Positions 9,176-22,401 of a stretch of DNA of 64,000 nucleotides are shown here, piece by piece. This DNA comes from an uncultured Acidobacteriota bacterium. Its GTDB lineage: Bacteria > Acidobacteriota > Vicinamibacteria > Vicinamibacterales > Fen-181. The DNA lies in the NCBI GenBank assembly GCA_963724775.1, contig CAVRWB010000019.1:431051-495050 (forward strand), in the 5' to 3' direction. Made by a program: the position numbers and the translations under genes. The notes under the pieces are model-generated. The model was not told where the DNA came from. It was given only the letters and a program-made list of their open reading frames with translations, and did not search any database. Within the stretch, counting starts at the first letter, position 1; each line of letters opens with the position of its first letter.

Positions 9176-10552
9176 CTACCGGATCACCATCAACTCCGTC
9201 TGCCGCTGATCCAGGAATCGCGCGCCGGTCCTGGTGAACGCCGCATCCTGCTCGAGCGGGATGCGCACGTCCTGGTTGCCCCACTCCGGCACCGTCGCCG
9301 TCACGTTCAGCTCGATCGAGTGAACGGTGTCCTCGAACAGCGGGAAGTCGCCGAGGCCGGGCACGCCGCCCTGCTGGTCCCACAGCCCGATGATCGGCCC
9401 CGCCGCGTGGCCGTGCACGCCGAGGGGGTGGGTGTAGATGCTCGGGCGGAGTCCCTCGTCTTTCGCCTGCTTGAGCGCGGCGGCCAGGATCTCGTTGCCC
9501 GTTCGCCCCGCCTTCATCTCGGTCAGAAGGAGGTCCTGGAGCCGGTTCCCCTGCGCAAACGCGTCCTTCAGGCCCTGTGGCGCGCCCGCCTCGCCATCCC
9601 TGGCCACGTAGGCCATCTGCTGCGTGTCGGTGCACAGCCGCAGGTAGGTGATCCCGAAGTCGCAGTGCAGCAGGTCGCCCCGGTGGATCACGTTGTCGGT
9701 GTACGCGCTCGTCTTCGGGCGCTGGACGTCCACCGACGGCTGGAACCAGTTGCCCAGCCCCAGCTGCCTCGACCGCTCGCGCATCCACCACACCACGTCG
9801 TCGGTCGTGGTGATGCCCGGCTGGATGACCGCCCGCGAGAACGCCTCGGCGATGATGCCGTGGGCGATCGCGACGATCTGCGGGTACACTTCAAGCTCCT
9901 CCGCCGACCGGCGTTCCAGCCAGCGGACCGCCAGGCGCTCGGACGACTTCACGCGCGGCGCCAATTCCGGAGGGAGCGAGGTCATGAGCTTCGCCTTGAG
10001 CGAAGCGGTGATGCCGTCGCCGTAGTTGAAGACATCCGACTCGTTGATGCCGATCTTCTTCGGGTTCCGCTCCTTGACGATCTGTCCCAGGCGCACCCAC
10101 TGGTCGATCTTGTCGGGCTCCCAGACGCTCTTGTAGAACGTGCCGATGTTCGATCGGCTCACCGTCAGCCGCTCGACCCCCTCTGACCCGCGGTCGAAGA
10201 ACACGAGCATCGACGTGCGGCTCGCGTACAGGTTCGTGAACGGCACGAGCGAAGAGAACACGGGGTCCTCGTTGTTCTCGCGGCAGATCACGAGCCACAT
10301 GTCGAAGCCTTCCTGCCGCATCAACTCTGGCAGGATCCGTTCGAGCCGGTTCTTCAGCCAGTCGTTGTAGACCGCAGCCTGCTGCCTTAGGGTCAGGATG
10401 ACGGGGAGGGTGGCGGCCGCCGCCGGGGCGACAGCCGCCGCCGCGACGCGTTGCGGGCCGCCAGCCGCGGCGCGCACGGGCCCCGGCCGTTCCGCGGCAC
10501 CGAGTGAGAACACGAGTGCGAGAACCGCGAGAACCGGCAGCGTTCGAATCAT
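9176..10552 (-). CDS. Secreted M24 family (Xaa-Pro) metallopeptidase
   Basis: Start MIRTLPVLAV signal peptide; HCDFG, TDTQQ, THPLGVHGH and SIELN metal ligands. Confidence 0.85.
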   Translation of the reverse strand: MIRTLPVLAVLALVFSLGAAERPGPVRAAAGGPQRVAAAAVAPAAAATLPVILTLRQQAAVYNDWLKNRLERILPELMRQEGFDMWLVICRENNEDPVFSSLVPFTNLYASRTSMLVFFDRGSEGVERLTVSRSNIGTFYKSVWEPDKIDQWVRLGQIVKERNPKKIGINESDVFNYGDGITASLKAKLMTSLPPELAPRVKSSERLAVRWLERRSAEELEVYPQIVAIAHGIIAEAFSRAVIQPGITTTDDVVWWMRERSRQLGLGNWFQPSVDVQRPKTSAYTDNVIHRGDLLHCDFGITYLRLCTDTQQMAYVARDGEAGAPQGLKDAFAQGNRLQDLLLTEMKAGRTGNEILAAALKQAKDEGLRPSIYTHPLGVHGHAAGPIIGLWDQQGGVPGLGDFPLFEDTVHSIELNVTATVPEWGNQDVRIPLEQDAAFTRTGARFLDQRQTELMVIR

Positions 10553-10557
10553 CGGCG

Positions 10558-11058
10558 CTACTCCTCTGTCGGCATGCCGTAAGCGGCCCACTCTTCCCGC
10601 GCGGGGCCGTAGATCCCGGGAACCACGAGGCCTGCCTGGCGCATGAGCACCGTCATCTGCCCGCGATGATGAATCGCGTGGGCGATCAGGATCGACAGCG
10701 TCAGCCCGCGCGTCCACTTCTGGCCGTACATCTCGATCTCCTCCGGCAGCGCCGCGTCGGTCCAGGTGTCCCTGACGGCCGCGACCCCCGCGTCGGCCCA
10801 CTGCTCCCACGCGGCCACGAGTTCGCTCGCGCGGGCCGGCACCGGCGGTTCGGGTCGAGAGTAGACGAGCGGCAGTTTGGCGGTAGAGAGCATCTCGGGG
10901 ACGGACTGGATGATGTGCCAGGCGAGTTTCCCGAGCGTGCGCCCCTCGGGCGTCACGCGCTGCGCCAGCGACGGGTCGGTGAGCGCCCGCAGGATCTTCT
11001 GCGTCGCCTCGCGCTCCGTTGTCCACGACGCCTCGAAATCCGCGATCGTTCGGAACAT
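10558..11058 (-). CDS. DinB family protein
   Basis: TLGKLAWHI and HAIHHRGQMTVLMRQAG..PGIYGP motifs; RBS upstream of ATG 11058. Confidence 0.9.
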   Translation of the reverse strand: MFRTIADFEASWTTEREATQKILRALTDPSLAQRVTPEGRTLGKLAWHIIQSVPEMLSTAKLPLVYSRPEPPVPARASELVAAWEQWADAGVAAVRDTWTDAALPEEIEMYGQKWTRGLTLSILIAHAIHHRGQMTVLMRQAGLVVPGIYGPAREEWAAYGMPTEE

Positions 11059-11067
11059 GGGACCTCC

Positions 11068-11206
11068 TGGGCGGGCCTGAAGGCCCGGCCGCACGGCGCC
11101 CTTCGACGTTGCTCAGGGCGTGGTGAGCGTGTCGCCCCTCGACTGTGCTCGGGGCGACCCTGAGCCTGCCGAAGGGTCGAACCACGGACCTGAAGGTCCG
11201 CCCTAC
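11068..11206. repeat. Composite REP locus: GTAG hairpins plus nested TTCGAC..GCTCA / TGAGC..GTCGAA elements
   Basis: GTAGGGCGGACCTTCAGGTCCG on minus strand (11185-11206), a degenerate copy near 11072-11092, and a nested element at 11097-11185. Confidence 0.75.
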
Positions 11207-12825
11207 TTCGTGTATGCCGGGCCGTAGAGGATTCGGCCCGGCCGGGCCGCGGTCATCGCGCCCTTCTCGTAGATCACCTCGCCGTTGACCACCACCATCG
11301 CGAACCCCTCCGCGTACTGATGCGGCGTGTCGAAGGTCGCCTTGTCGCGGACGCGGCTCGGATCGAACACCGCCAGGTCGGCCTTCATCCCCTGGCGCAC
11401 CACGCCCCGGTCCTCCAGGCCCAGCCGCCATGCGGGCAGCGAGGTCATCTTCCTCACCGCCTCTTCCAGCGTCAGAAGGCCCCTGTCGTGCACGTAGACG
11501 GCCAGCACGCGCGCGAACGTGCCGTAGCTCCGCGGATGCGGGGCCGCCTGCCCGAAGATCGGCACCTCGCCGTCGGACGCGATCATCGTCAGCGGGCACG
11601 CGATGATCCGCTCGAGGTCCTTCTCGTCGATCGCGTGGAAGATGCCCTGGGCGCCGCCTTTCTCGATGATGTCCAAGACCGTCTCGGCCGCATTCTCCGG
11701 AGTCGGCGCGATCCCACGCTGCTGCGTGATCTCGGCGATGTTCTTGCCGGCCAGTGACGGATCCCAGGCGCAAGAGGAGACGCTGATGTTCTTCGGGTCG
11801 CCGCCACCCCGATCGAACTTGATGTTGTCGACGACGGCCGCCTTGATCTTCGCGCGCTGGGTAATGTCCTGCAGCCGTTTGACGATGTCGGCGCGGCCGC
11901 CCTCGAGCGCCCAGGGAGGAAAGAGCGCATTCATGGAAGTGGCGGACGCCGTGTAGGGGTATTGATCGATGGTCGCGTCGACGCCGCGCGCCCGCGCCTC
12001 GGACAGCAGCTTCAGCGTGTCGACGCTTCGTCCCCAGTTCTGGACGCCGATGATCTTGTGGTGCGTCACCTGCGTGGGCAGATGGCCCTGCTCGCCGATT
12101 GCGATCGTCTCGCGCACGCTGTCGATGACGCCGGTCGCCTCGTTCCGCATGTGCGAGACATGGATGCCGCCCATGCCGCCGGCCACCTTCGCCAGCTCGA
12201 TGACCTCCTCGGTCGGCGTGAAGATGCCTGGCACGTAGAAGAGGCCGGTGCTGAGGCCGACCGCGCCATCGAGCATGCCCTGGCGGACGAGGCCCCGCAT
12301 CTTCTCGATCTCGGCGGGCGTGGCCTTTCGGTCGACGGTGCCGATGATCGCCTCGCGGACGGAACCCTGACCGACGAAGGTGCCGAAGTTCGGCGAGATC
12401 TTCGTGGCCGCGACCTTCTGCAGGAACGCCCTGATCGGCAGCGGCGAGCTGCCGTCCGGCCCCTCGTAGATCGTCGTCACGCCCTGCCGCGTGTAGTTGT
12501 CGGCCGTTGGCACCGTGAAGATGCCGCGCCGGGCGTGCGTGTGGATGTCGATGAACCCCGGCGCGACGACAAGACCCGTGGCGTCCACCACGCGAACGGC
12601 CGGCGCGTCGATGCGCGGGGCGACGAGCGCGATGGCGTCGCCCTTCACCGCCACGTCGGCGCGGGCCCAGGGGGCGCCCGTGCCGTCCACGACGCGGCCG
12701 CCGCGGAAGACGAGGTCGTACTGCGGGGCAACTTGCGCCCGCGGTCCGATGCCGAACGCGGCCGCGAGCAGCGCCAGCGCGGCAACGACCTGGAAGAACA
12801 ACCGACGCTTACGCCTCGCAGTCAT
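11203..12825 (-). CDS. N-acyl-D-amino-acid deacylase (D-aminoacylase), exported
   Basis: PGFIDIHTH, GLSTGLFY, SHMRNE and HPRSYGTF motifs. Confidence 0.9.
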   Translation of the reverse strand: MTARRKRRLFFQVVAALALLAAAFGIGPRAQVAPQYDLVFRGGRVVDGTGAPWARADVAVKGDAIALVAPRIDAPAVRVVDATGLVVAPGFIDIHTHARRGIFTVPTADNYTRQGVTTIYEGPDGSSPLPIRAFLQKVAATKISPNFGTFVGQGSVREAIIGTVDRKATPAEIEKMRGLVRQGMLDGAVGLSTGLFYVPGIFTPTEEVIELAKVAGGMGGIHVSHMRNEATGVIDSVRETIAIGEQGHLPTQVTHHKIIGVQNWGRSVDTLKLLSEARARGVDATIDQYPYTASATSMNALFPPWALEGGRADIVKRLQDITQRAKIKAAVVDNIKFDRGGGDPKNISVSSCAWDPSLAGKNIAEITQQRGIAPTPENAAETVLDIIEKGGAQGIFHAIDEKDLERIIACPLTMIASDGEVPIFGQAAPHPRSYGTFARVLAVYVHDRGLLTLEEAVRKMTSLPAWRLGLEDRGVVRQGMKADLAVFDPSRVRDKATFDTPHQYAEGFAMVVVNGEVIYEKGAMTAARPGRILYGPAYTK

Positions 12826-13255
12826 CAACGGGCTCCGCCATCGCCGTGATGTCGGCGACGGCCATCAGGGCGTCCATTTCGCAAACGAGCGGGCCGGCCT
12901 CGCCTGCCTCCCGGATCTCGGCGCGGGCCCGCAGCGCCCGCCGCGATGAGGTGGTGATCCACCCGCTCACGATCAGCCGCTGGCCGACCCGGGCGGGGGC
13001 ACGAAACCGGGCCTCCGCCTTACCCGTCACAGCGTGCCGCCCGGCGTAGATGCTGGCCCAGGCGACGGCCTCGTCCATCAGCGTGAACAGCAGCCCGCCG
13101 TGTATGATCTCCGGCCATCCGACGTGCGTCGGTTTGGCCGTGTACTCCGCGCGGCAGCCGCCTTCCGGCCGGGGCTCGAAGGCAATCTTCAGCCCCTCGG
13201 GGTTCTCGGAACCGCAGACGAAACAATCGGGAAAGAACTGCGGGGCGTTCGGCAC
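12809..13255 (-). CDS. PaaI family thioesterase
   Basis: CFVCGSENPEGL and IHGGLLFTLMDE hotdog-fold motifs. Confidence 0.88.
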   Translation of the reverse strand: MPNAPQFFPDCFVCGSENPEGLKIAFEPRPEGGCRAEYTAKPTHVGWPEIIHGGLLFTLMDEAVAWASIYAGRHAVTGKAEARFRAPARVGQRLIVSGWITTSSRRALRARAEIREAGEAGPLVCEMDALMAVADITAMAEPVDDCEA

Positions 13256-13331
13256 GGGCAGATTCTAGCGCAATCACCAAGACCGTTCACCGACTGACTG
13301 CTCTCATTGACTTCTATCGTAAGATGCCGGC

Positions 13332-14123
13332 ATGCGAAGAGCCGCGCTCCTGGGTTCGTTCCTCGTCGCGTGGGGTTGCGGGCCCGTCCTGCTCGCGCAG
13401 CCGCCGGTCCGGCCGGTTGACGGCGCGACCCGGGTGGCGCCGCTGTACCGGCTGCAGATCATCCAGGCGGCACCGGGCCGGCTGGTGGAGTTGATTGACG
13501 CCGCGAAGAAGCGCGCCGCGCTGGCCGTCACGGCCGGCGACGAGGCGCCGGTCATCGTGCGGCACTCGCAGGGCGACCACTGGGACCTCGTCGTCCTCTG
13601 GCCGATGGGTGACTGGAGCGCGTTCTACGAGCCGGCCCGCGTGGCGCGACGCGAGGGAATCCTGAAGGACGCCGGCCTGACGCCCGAGGACTCGGAGCGA
13701 CAGTTCCTGACGCTCGTCGCGTGGCACGAGGATCTCTACGCGCGCGGGCCGGCCGTCGAGGCGCTTCGCGCGCACGTGAAGGACGCCAACCTGCTGCACT
13801 TCGAGATGATGCAGTCGCTGCCGGGCAAGCGTGACGCGCTCGTCGAGGAGCGCCGGATGGAGAACGCGTTCAACCGGAACCGCGGGCGCGGCGAAACGCT
13901 GATCTTCGTCCGCGACGCCGGCGCCGCCTGGGACGTGGTGACGCTCGGCGTCTACCGCAACTGGCGTCACTATGCCGAAAGCGAGTTGATCTCTCCCGAG
14001 GACAACGACGCCGCCGCGAAGAAGGCCGGCTTCCCGAGCGCCGACGGCGTCGGGCCTTACATGAGAACCCTCATCTCGACGCACCGCGACACGCTGGGGC
14101 CGCAGATCAGACTCGACAGGTGA
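13332..14123 (+). CDS. Secreted hypothetical protein (tandem dimeric alpha/beta-barrel, NIPSNAP-like)
   Basis: Signal peptide; two similar halves (AAPGRLVEL / SLPGKRDAL; HWDLVVL / AWDVVTL). Confidence 0.6.
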   Translation: MRRAALLGSFLVAWGCGPVLLAQPPVRPVDGATRVAPLYRLQIIQAAPGRLVELIDAAKKRAALAVTAGDEAPVIVRHSQGDHWDLVVLWPMGDWSAFYEPARVARREGILKDAGLTPEDSERQFLTLVAWHEDLYARGPAVEALRAHVKDANLLHFEMMQSLPGKRDALVEERRMENAFNRNRGRGETLIFVRDAGAAWDVVTLGVYRNWRHYAESELISPEDNDAAAKKAGFPSADGVGPYMRTLISTHRDTLGPQIRLDR

Positions 14124-14124
14124 G

Positions 14125-16302
14125 TCAACGGAAAACTGAAAACGGAAAAGAGGCTGCCTCGGTTCCCACGTGAACGCTGAAATCGGCCTCACGGGCATCC
14201 GGCGGCTGTCCGGCGGTTTCTGCCGTCACGCGGAGGCGATAGGCTCCGGGGCCGAGCGTATCGACAGGAATCCGCACTCCGTACTCGGCTTCGTTCCCGG
14301 CGCCAAACGCGTCGGCCGGCTTCGACTCGGACGCCCTCCACACGACTGCGCCATCGTCCACGCTGGACACCGTGGTGGTCACGAGAACGGCACCGCGTGC
14401 CGCTCCCTTCCCGCGATAGGCTCGCACCCGCGCCCACAGTTCGTCATCAGGCTCGAAGTCGCGATCGAGAGCGGCGTCGAATGGGACCAGGGACGAGAAG
14501 CCCTTCGTCGCGACGGTCGGCAGGCGCCTGAACGTGCCGCGGCGCTCGAGAAACAGTCCGCTCAGCGACAGCGGCTGGCGGAAGAAGTCTGGCACGCTGA
14601 CGTCGGCGTAGACACTGCCCGTCTTGCCGGCGAGCGTGCTGCGTACGCCAAGGCGGACCTGGTAATGGCCCGGCGCGACGCTCACGCGGGCACACAGACG
14701 GTAGCGGGGCGAGACGAGACCGGCCTGCGAGACCACCCCGAGAGGCAACCGAACCCTGGCGCGGTCCGTTGCCTGGACGCCCTGCCCCGGCGCCACCGCG
14801 GCGATCAGCAGTTCCACGTCATCCTGCAGCGGCAGGCCCGGTGTGGCCGGGGCGAACGCCGGCAGGTCGGCCTCGACAATTACCGCGACATCCTGGCGCG
14901 AGGCGGTCTTCCCCCTGAGTGACGCCGCAAAGGCGCGCAAGGAGAGCGCCGATTGAGGGAGAACGCCGGCGACGCTTCCGGCCGTCTCGTCGGCACTTTT
15001 CGAAGGGGCCTTCTTCTCGGCGGCTGCATCCGGACCGCCCGCCCAATAGCCTCTGCGCGCGCGAATCGAGACGCCGGGGCGCGTGGTCCGGACCTCAATG
15101 CTCCGGAAGCCGCTCCACGGATTGAACAGGCCCTTCAGCTTTTGGACCGTTCGGCCCGTTGGCGGGTCGGAATAGTAGCCGAGGAGGTAATAGGTGCCTG
15201 TTTCCGACACGACCCGATCCACCGCGCCGAGCACCGCCGGGCCTCTGATTTCGAGGCCACCCGTCGCCATGCTGAGCATCGACATGCCGTTGGTCCTGCC
15301 CGCCTTGACGAGATCCAGGAGCGAGCTTCCTTCGAGCCTGCCGGCGCCGGCCGCGTCCGCAACGCCGGTCAGCGGAATCCGATCGGGCCGAGGCGTGGCG
15401 TCGGGGCGAAGCACCGTGCTCGGGTCGAGCATGTACACGGCGACGTTGGCGCGGCGGGCCGACGTGACGGCCCGTGTGAAGTCGAGGATGTCGTGATCGT
15501 GGATGCCGCTCGCCGTTTCTCGCATCACGTAGCCCGTGGGACCCGTGCCCACGAACACCACCGACTTTCGCCGGTGGGGGAGCGACGCGAGATACGAGCA
15601 GACGTCGTTGACCATGAGGAACGGCCGGGAGCGGTCGAAGACGCCTTTGATGTTTTTCACCGCGAGCGCTGCCGCATCGGGTGTTGCCTGATCGTCGGGA
15701 TGCGAGAACGCTGGAAGCGAAGTGTCGTCGGCATTCCTTCGGGCCACACGCGTGTCCGCCGCCGAGAATTGATCGATGGCCGCGAGGACGGCGGCATGGT
15801 TGGTCGTGAACTCCCGGGCACCGGCGTTCCCCATGCTCACCCAGGCGACTGCAAGCTGGTCGCCTGGCGCCAGCCGTTCGACGAACCGTCGCGCGACCGC
15901 CTTCACCGAGTCACTGCGCTCGCGCAACGTATGGACATCGTCCAGAATCAGGAAGAACAGGCGGCTCTCCTCCGTCTGCGCGTTGGTGGCAACATCGCGC
16001 GCGAAGGGAAGATGCGGGAGCGTGACCGGGAGGTTGACGAGGGCCAGGGATGCGATCTCGCGCGGCTTCCCGTCCTCCAGGACCTGGAGCTCCTGCTTGT
16101 CGAGATTGAGCACGGGTCGGCCCACGGCGTCCGTTGCCACGAGATCGATCTCCACGAGATCTACGCGGGCCCGAAAGACAGGCGCCTGACCCTGCTGGCC
16201 GGACTGGTCATGGTCCAGGCGAGCGGAGAGCGTCACTCCGAGGACCAGCCCGCACGCGGCAGCGGCTCCCAGCGCCAGGAGCCGCCGAACTGTCCTTTTC
16301 AT
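14125..16302 (-). CDS. VWA domain protein, acidobacterial VWFA-related type
   Basis: PVFRARVDLVEIDLVATD, VLEDGKPREI, YYLLGYYS and IRARRGY motifs. Confidence 0.88.
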   Translation of the reverse strand: MKRTVRRLLALGAAAACGLVLGVTLSARLDHDQSGQQGQAPVFRARVDLVEIDLVATDAVGRPVLNLDKQELQVLEDGKPREIASLALVNLPVTLPHLPFARDVATNAQTEESRLFFLILDDVHTLRERSDSVKAVARRFVERLAPGDQLAVAWVSMGNAGAREFTTNHAAVLAAIDQFSAADTRVARRNADDTSLPAFSHPDDQATPDAAALAVKNIKGVFDRSRPFLMVNDVCSYLASLPHRRKSVVFVGTGPTGYVMRETASGIHDHDILDFTRAVTSARRANVAVYMLDPSTVLRPDATPRPDRIPLTGVADAAGAGRLEGSSLLDLVKAGRTNGMSMLSMATGGLEIRGPAVLGAVDRVVSETGTYYLLGYYSDPPTGRTVQKLKGLFNPWSGFRSIEVRTTRPGVSIRARRGYWAGGPDAAAEKKAPSKSADETAGSVAGVLPQSALSLRAFAASLRGKTASRQDVAVIVEADLPAFAPATPGLPLQDDVELLIAAVAPGQGVQATDRARVRLPLGVVSQAGLVSPRYRLCARVSVAPGHYQVRLGVRSTLAGKTGSVYADVSVPDFFRQPLSLSGLFLERRGTFRRLPTVATKGFSSLVPFDAALDRDFEPDDELWARVRAYRGKGAARGAVLVTTTVSSVDDGAVVWRASESKPADAFGAGNEAEYGVRIPVDTLGPGAYRLRVTAETAGQPPDAREADFSVHVGTEAASFPFSVFR

Positions 16303-19300
16303 CTTTCGGGTTCCGTTTTCCGTCTTCCGTCTGCCGCGGTCGGCGTCCCGTCCGTGCGCCTGATCTCCAGCACCGCCGCCCCAAACGGCTTCAGCTCCAC
16401 GGCGCCGTCGGAGATGATCCGGCTCGGGCCCGGCGCCAACAGGGTCACGACTCTCCCCTTCCAGAGCCGTGTAAGCCGGGCGGTCGTTGGCGTGGGAGTG
16501 GGGTTGTAGATTCTCGCGATCAGTCCCGCGCCATCGTCTATCGGCCGGATCGCCGACACCACCGCAGGACCGTTCTCCAGGCGGAACGGTGCGGGCGTCA
16601 GCGGTGCGGAGGCGGCGATGCGCGACAGCACGAGCGGCTGGTCAACGTCGCCTCCCAGCTGTCGCAATGCCGCCGAGTCGAACGCGCCGTGCGGCTGCAG
16701 CACGAAGCGGAAACGCAGCTCGCCCTCCTGGTCCGCCTTGTAGTTCGTGTGCCAGTAGTTGTTCAGGAGGTAGGCGAAGACCGCGCTCCCGGGCGCCGGC
16801 TTGTCGCGCCACGCACGCGGTTGTCCGTCCGTCCGGCGCTCGTCGGTGATGCGCGCCGACCTCGAGGAGCGGGGCGTCGAGCGTGGCCAGGCCGATGCCC
16901 GCCTTCTCGCCGGACACGTCGATCGCGCTGTGCGGGCCGATGAAGTCGAAGCACGACCCGGGCAGCTGGTCCTTGCCGAATGTGACCTGTGCTTCGCCCT
17001 CGTCCACGCGGACCAGTGCGCCGGGCAGGTTGAACGGGAACGCCACGTGCGCGCTCTCCTTCTCGCGCACCTTCACCTTGTCGACGAGCGTCTCCAGCCA
17101 GACCCTGTCGTCCGCGGCGACGAGTGTCACCCGTCGAACGAGGCGTCTTGCCCCGGGCGCGTCGCTTTCGACCCGCAGGGTGGCCACCAGCGGCCCCGGC
17201 TCCTCGACGACGACATGCGCGGGGCCCGGCCCGACGGCAGCAGCGGCGGCGAATCCCGGGACGTAGCGGTAAGCATGCAAACCCAATGGCGCCGATGCGA
17301 AGTCCACGCCGGGCGCCGCGGTCGCCTGCAGGCTCCGGATGTCGCCGGTCACCGGGTCGACCACGATCTTCACGCGGCCGTTGTCGAGGGACGTTCCCGC
17401 GGCACTCACCGGCGTGGACGGAGGTTCGGGCCGCCCGCCGACCGGCTTCACGCGCACGGCGCTGAAGCCTGGCACCGCTTTCAGCGAGACCGCGAGGCGG
17501 CCGTCCGCGATGCGCTGCGACGGAAGCGCGCGCCCCGCATCGTCGAGGACGCGGTCCTGCTTGAATGTGTCGCGGGCGTCGAGGAAGACGAGGCCGTCGC
17601 GCGTCCAGGAGGTCGTGTTGATCGCCTCGAAGGCAGGTACCTGGGTCCGCGACCCAGGGCGGCCGCGAACAGCTGGTTCGACCGCTTGTCCGCCTGCACC
17701 GCGAACTCGCGCTTGTAGAGCCACTGATCGACGACGTCCTTCCGATCCGGCTGGCTGACGCTGTCGGCCGCACCCCAGGTGTGCTCGTGCCACATGGTCA
17801 CCTCGCGCCATGCCTCGCCGAACGCGGCCGCGGGGTACTGCGAGGGGTTGCGCAGCGCGAACAGCGTTTCAGCCTGTTGCAGGCGGTGGGCGGCACGGCG
17901 CACCAGCGATTCTTCTCCGGCGCTCGATATCGCGCCGTCTTCCCAGTACGGCGTCATGTCGCCCGCGTACGTCGGCAGCCTGGCGCCATGCCGCCGTTCG
18001 AACTCCGTGAAGAGGCCGCGCGCCGTGTTGATGACGAGTCGAGGCGTGTCGAACGTCTCGTTCCAGGTCTTCACGAACTCGGGCAGCTTCGGATCCACTG
18101 GCCCGTTGTCGCCTCCAATCGTGTAGCGGACCTGCACCATGTCGTAGGCGTACCCGTCCGCGGCGAGCTGGCGGAGGTAGTCGAGCACCGCGGCACGGCC
18201 GCCGGCCGTCTCGAGCTGGCCCAGGTTCATGCCGTGGAACCAGGAGTACCCTCGCCCTGCCATCCAGAACAGGAGGCGCTCGTCGCCGGACGGCGACTGC
18301 CACCAGAACGGCCGGTCGCCGAGTGCCTTGAGCGTGCGGCCGATTCGGTCGCCGCCGTCCGGGTTGCCCGGCATGTAGTTCGGCCCGCTGCTGAAATAGC
18401 GGACGCCGCCGAGCGCGAGCGCGCGGACGACGGTCCAGCTGAGACCGGGAATGTCCGTGTGCATCGCCGTCGGCATCGCCCCGAAGCCGTACTCGGCGCG
18501 CAGCCGCCGGGCGCCGTCCGTCCATCGAACCAGCTCCTCGGGAGTGGAAATCCCCGTGAGGATGTTCGTGTAGTTGCGCCTGGAGATCGATCGAGCCGTC
18601 CTTCACCGCGGCGACCAACGCCTTCTTCTCGGCCTCGCCCGCCTGGCGCAGGTAGCTCTCAACCGACCACAGGCCCTCGACGTTCCACTTGAAGCGCGCG
18701 TCGAGTGGCAGGTCGCGCGTCTTCGCCGCCAACTCGACCGCGTCGCGGAGGTTCTTCCACTGCTTCCGCTCCACCTCTGGCTGCGGGTCCGAGTATCCGA
18801 CGTCCACGTGCGAGTGCGGCAGCAGGTGGATCTCCCACGCCCGGACCGGCGCGAGCACGACGCGCTGCGACAGCGCGACCCCTCCCTCGACCTCGACGAT
18901 GATGGGCAGGTCCGAGCCGGACGTGCGGACGGGCAGCATGACGCTGAAGTAGCCGGTCGGCGCGGTGCCCTGCCAGAGCGTTTCACCCGCCGCCCGCACG
19001 GTCATCGGCGCGGGGTTGCCCGCCCTTCCCACCTCGATGCTGACGACGCGGGCCCCGTCCTTGAAGCGCGCTTCCTCGGCGGTCGCCCGCGTCCAGGAGC
19101 GGATCGGCTCCTGGAAGGTCATGTAGTAATCGGCATTGCCGGCCGCCTCGCCGACAACGGAGAAGCGCGGCGCCCCGGCCGCCACCAGCGTGCGCGGCAC
19201 CGTCGCCATCATGAGGCCGAACAGCTCGTTGAAGGTGCCGACGCGGGTGGTCTTGAATGACAGCACGCAGCCGGTGCCCGCAATCGTCCACTCCCGGTCG

Positions 19301-19671
19301 TTGGTGTCGCGGCCCGAGGTGAACGTGGCGCACGGAACGCCGTTGATCGAGAGCGCGAAGCGGTGCGCGCCGTAGCCCGAGGCCAGGCCGCCGTGCCACA
19401 TGTAGGTCACGCGCTCGTCGGTGACGCCGGGCGGGACCACTTCACCTTCCCACTCGATATGCATCGTGCCGGTGGTCGTCCGTGACAGGAGCGCCTTCGC
19501 CTGGCCGGGATACGCCCACGGGTACACCAGCAGCTCGCCGGCGACGCTCTTCGTGAAGCCCTGCAGCCAGCGGTCGGGGACCGACACGGGGCCGCGCTGC
19601 TGGTCCTGCGCCGCGGCTGCACCGTGGACCCAAAGGAGGCATGCGAGCGCGAGGGAGGCGGTTCGGCGCAT
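16299..19671 (-). CDS. GH38-like glycoside hydrolase (alpha-mannosidase-like); frameshifts near 18580, 17660, 16855
   Basis: PHSHVDVGY, GDMTPYWEDGA, EHTWGA and NNYWHTNY motifs across consecutive ORF fragments; signal peptide. Confidence 0.8.
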
Positions 19672-19735
19672 GGGCGGATTGTAGAGCATCTGAGCAGGCC
19701 TGAAGCCCTGAGTGCCGTGCTACAGTTCCGCTGTC

Positions 19736-20670
19736 GTGGATGCCATCGTCATCGTGAACCCGGTTGCCGGCGGGCGGGCGAGCCTGGCGCCCGAGCGGCG
19801 CGTGGCGATCGCCCGGGAGGCGCTGGAGCGGGCGGGCGTGGAGGGCTCTGTCGTCCTGACCGAACGGGCGGGGCACGGGCGGGGGCTTGCGCGCGACGCG
19901 ATCGAAAAGGGGTGCCGCCTGGTCATCGCCTGGGGCGGTGACGGGACGGTCAACGAGGTCGCAGGCGAGGTGGTCGGCACCGAGGCATCGCTCGGCATCG
20001 TCCGGGCCGGTTCGGGCAACGGCCTGGCACGCGAGCTGGGCATCGCGAAGCGCCCGGACGTCGCCCTGGCGGCGGCGCTGACCGGGCGCGAGCACGCGAT
20101 CGACACCGGGGAGATGGACGGCCGCCTGTTCCTGAACATCGCAGGGATTGGCTTCGACGCGACGATGGCGCTGCAGTTCAACGAGCTCGGCACCGAGCGC
20201 CGGGGGCCGCTGCGATACTCGGTCACGGTCGTTCGCAATGTCTTCGCCTACCGTGCCGCGCGGTACCGCATCGAGCTGGACGGGGAGCAGGTGGAGATCC
20301 GCGCGATCCTGCTCGCCATCGCCAACCTCCCGCAGTACGGCTCGAACGCCGTCATCGCCCCTCAGGCCGTGCCTTTCGACGGCCTGCTCGACCTCGTCGT
20401 CATTGGCGACCGGGGCCCGCTCGCGCGGGTGGGGCTGGTTCCTCGCCTGTTCGACCAATCGATTGCGAAGGCCGCGGGCGTTGCCTTCCGGACGGCGCGC
20501 CACCTGGTCGTGTCGTCCGACGCGCCGATGGCGTACCACGTGGACGGCGAGGTGCACCGCGGCGGCCACCGGCTCGAGGCTGCAATCAGGCCGCAATCGC
20601 TTCGCGTCCGCGGTGTCGGCCGGACGCGCTGGCCCGCATTTTTCGGTTCACCAGCCGCTATACTCGATAC

Positions 20671-20674
<4 letters not shown>
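19736..20674 (+). CDS. Diacylglycerol/lipid kinase family protein (YegS/BmrU)
   Basis: [22 protein letters not shown] and VDGE motifs. Confidence 0.9.

Positions 20675-22392
<1,718 letters not shown>

Positions 22393-22401
<9 letters not shown>

Noticed and set aside
9176-11773. 865-aa fusion ORF ending in the M24 peptidase
   Set aside because: The upstream part overlaps the DinB and aminoacylase genes in another frame; the real start with signal peptide is at 10552.
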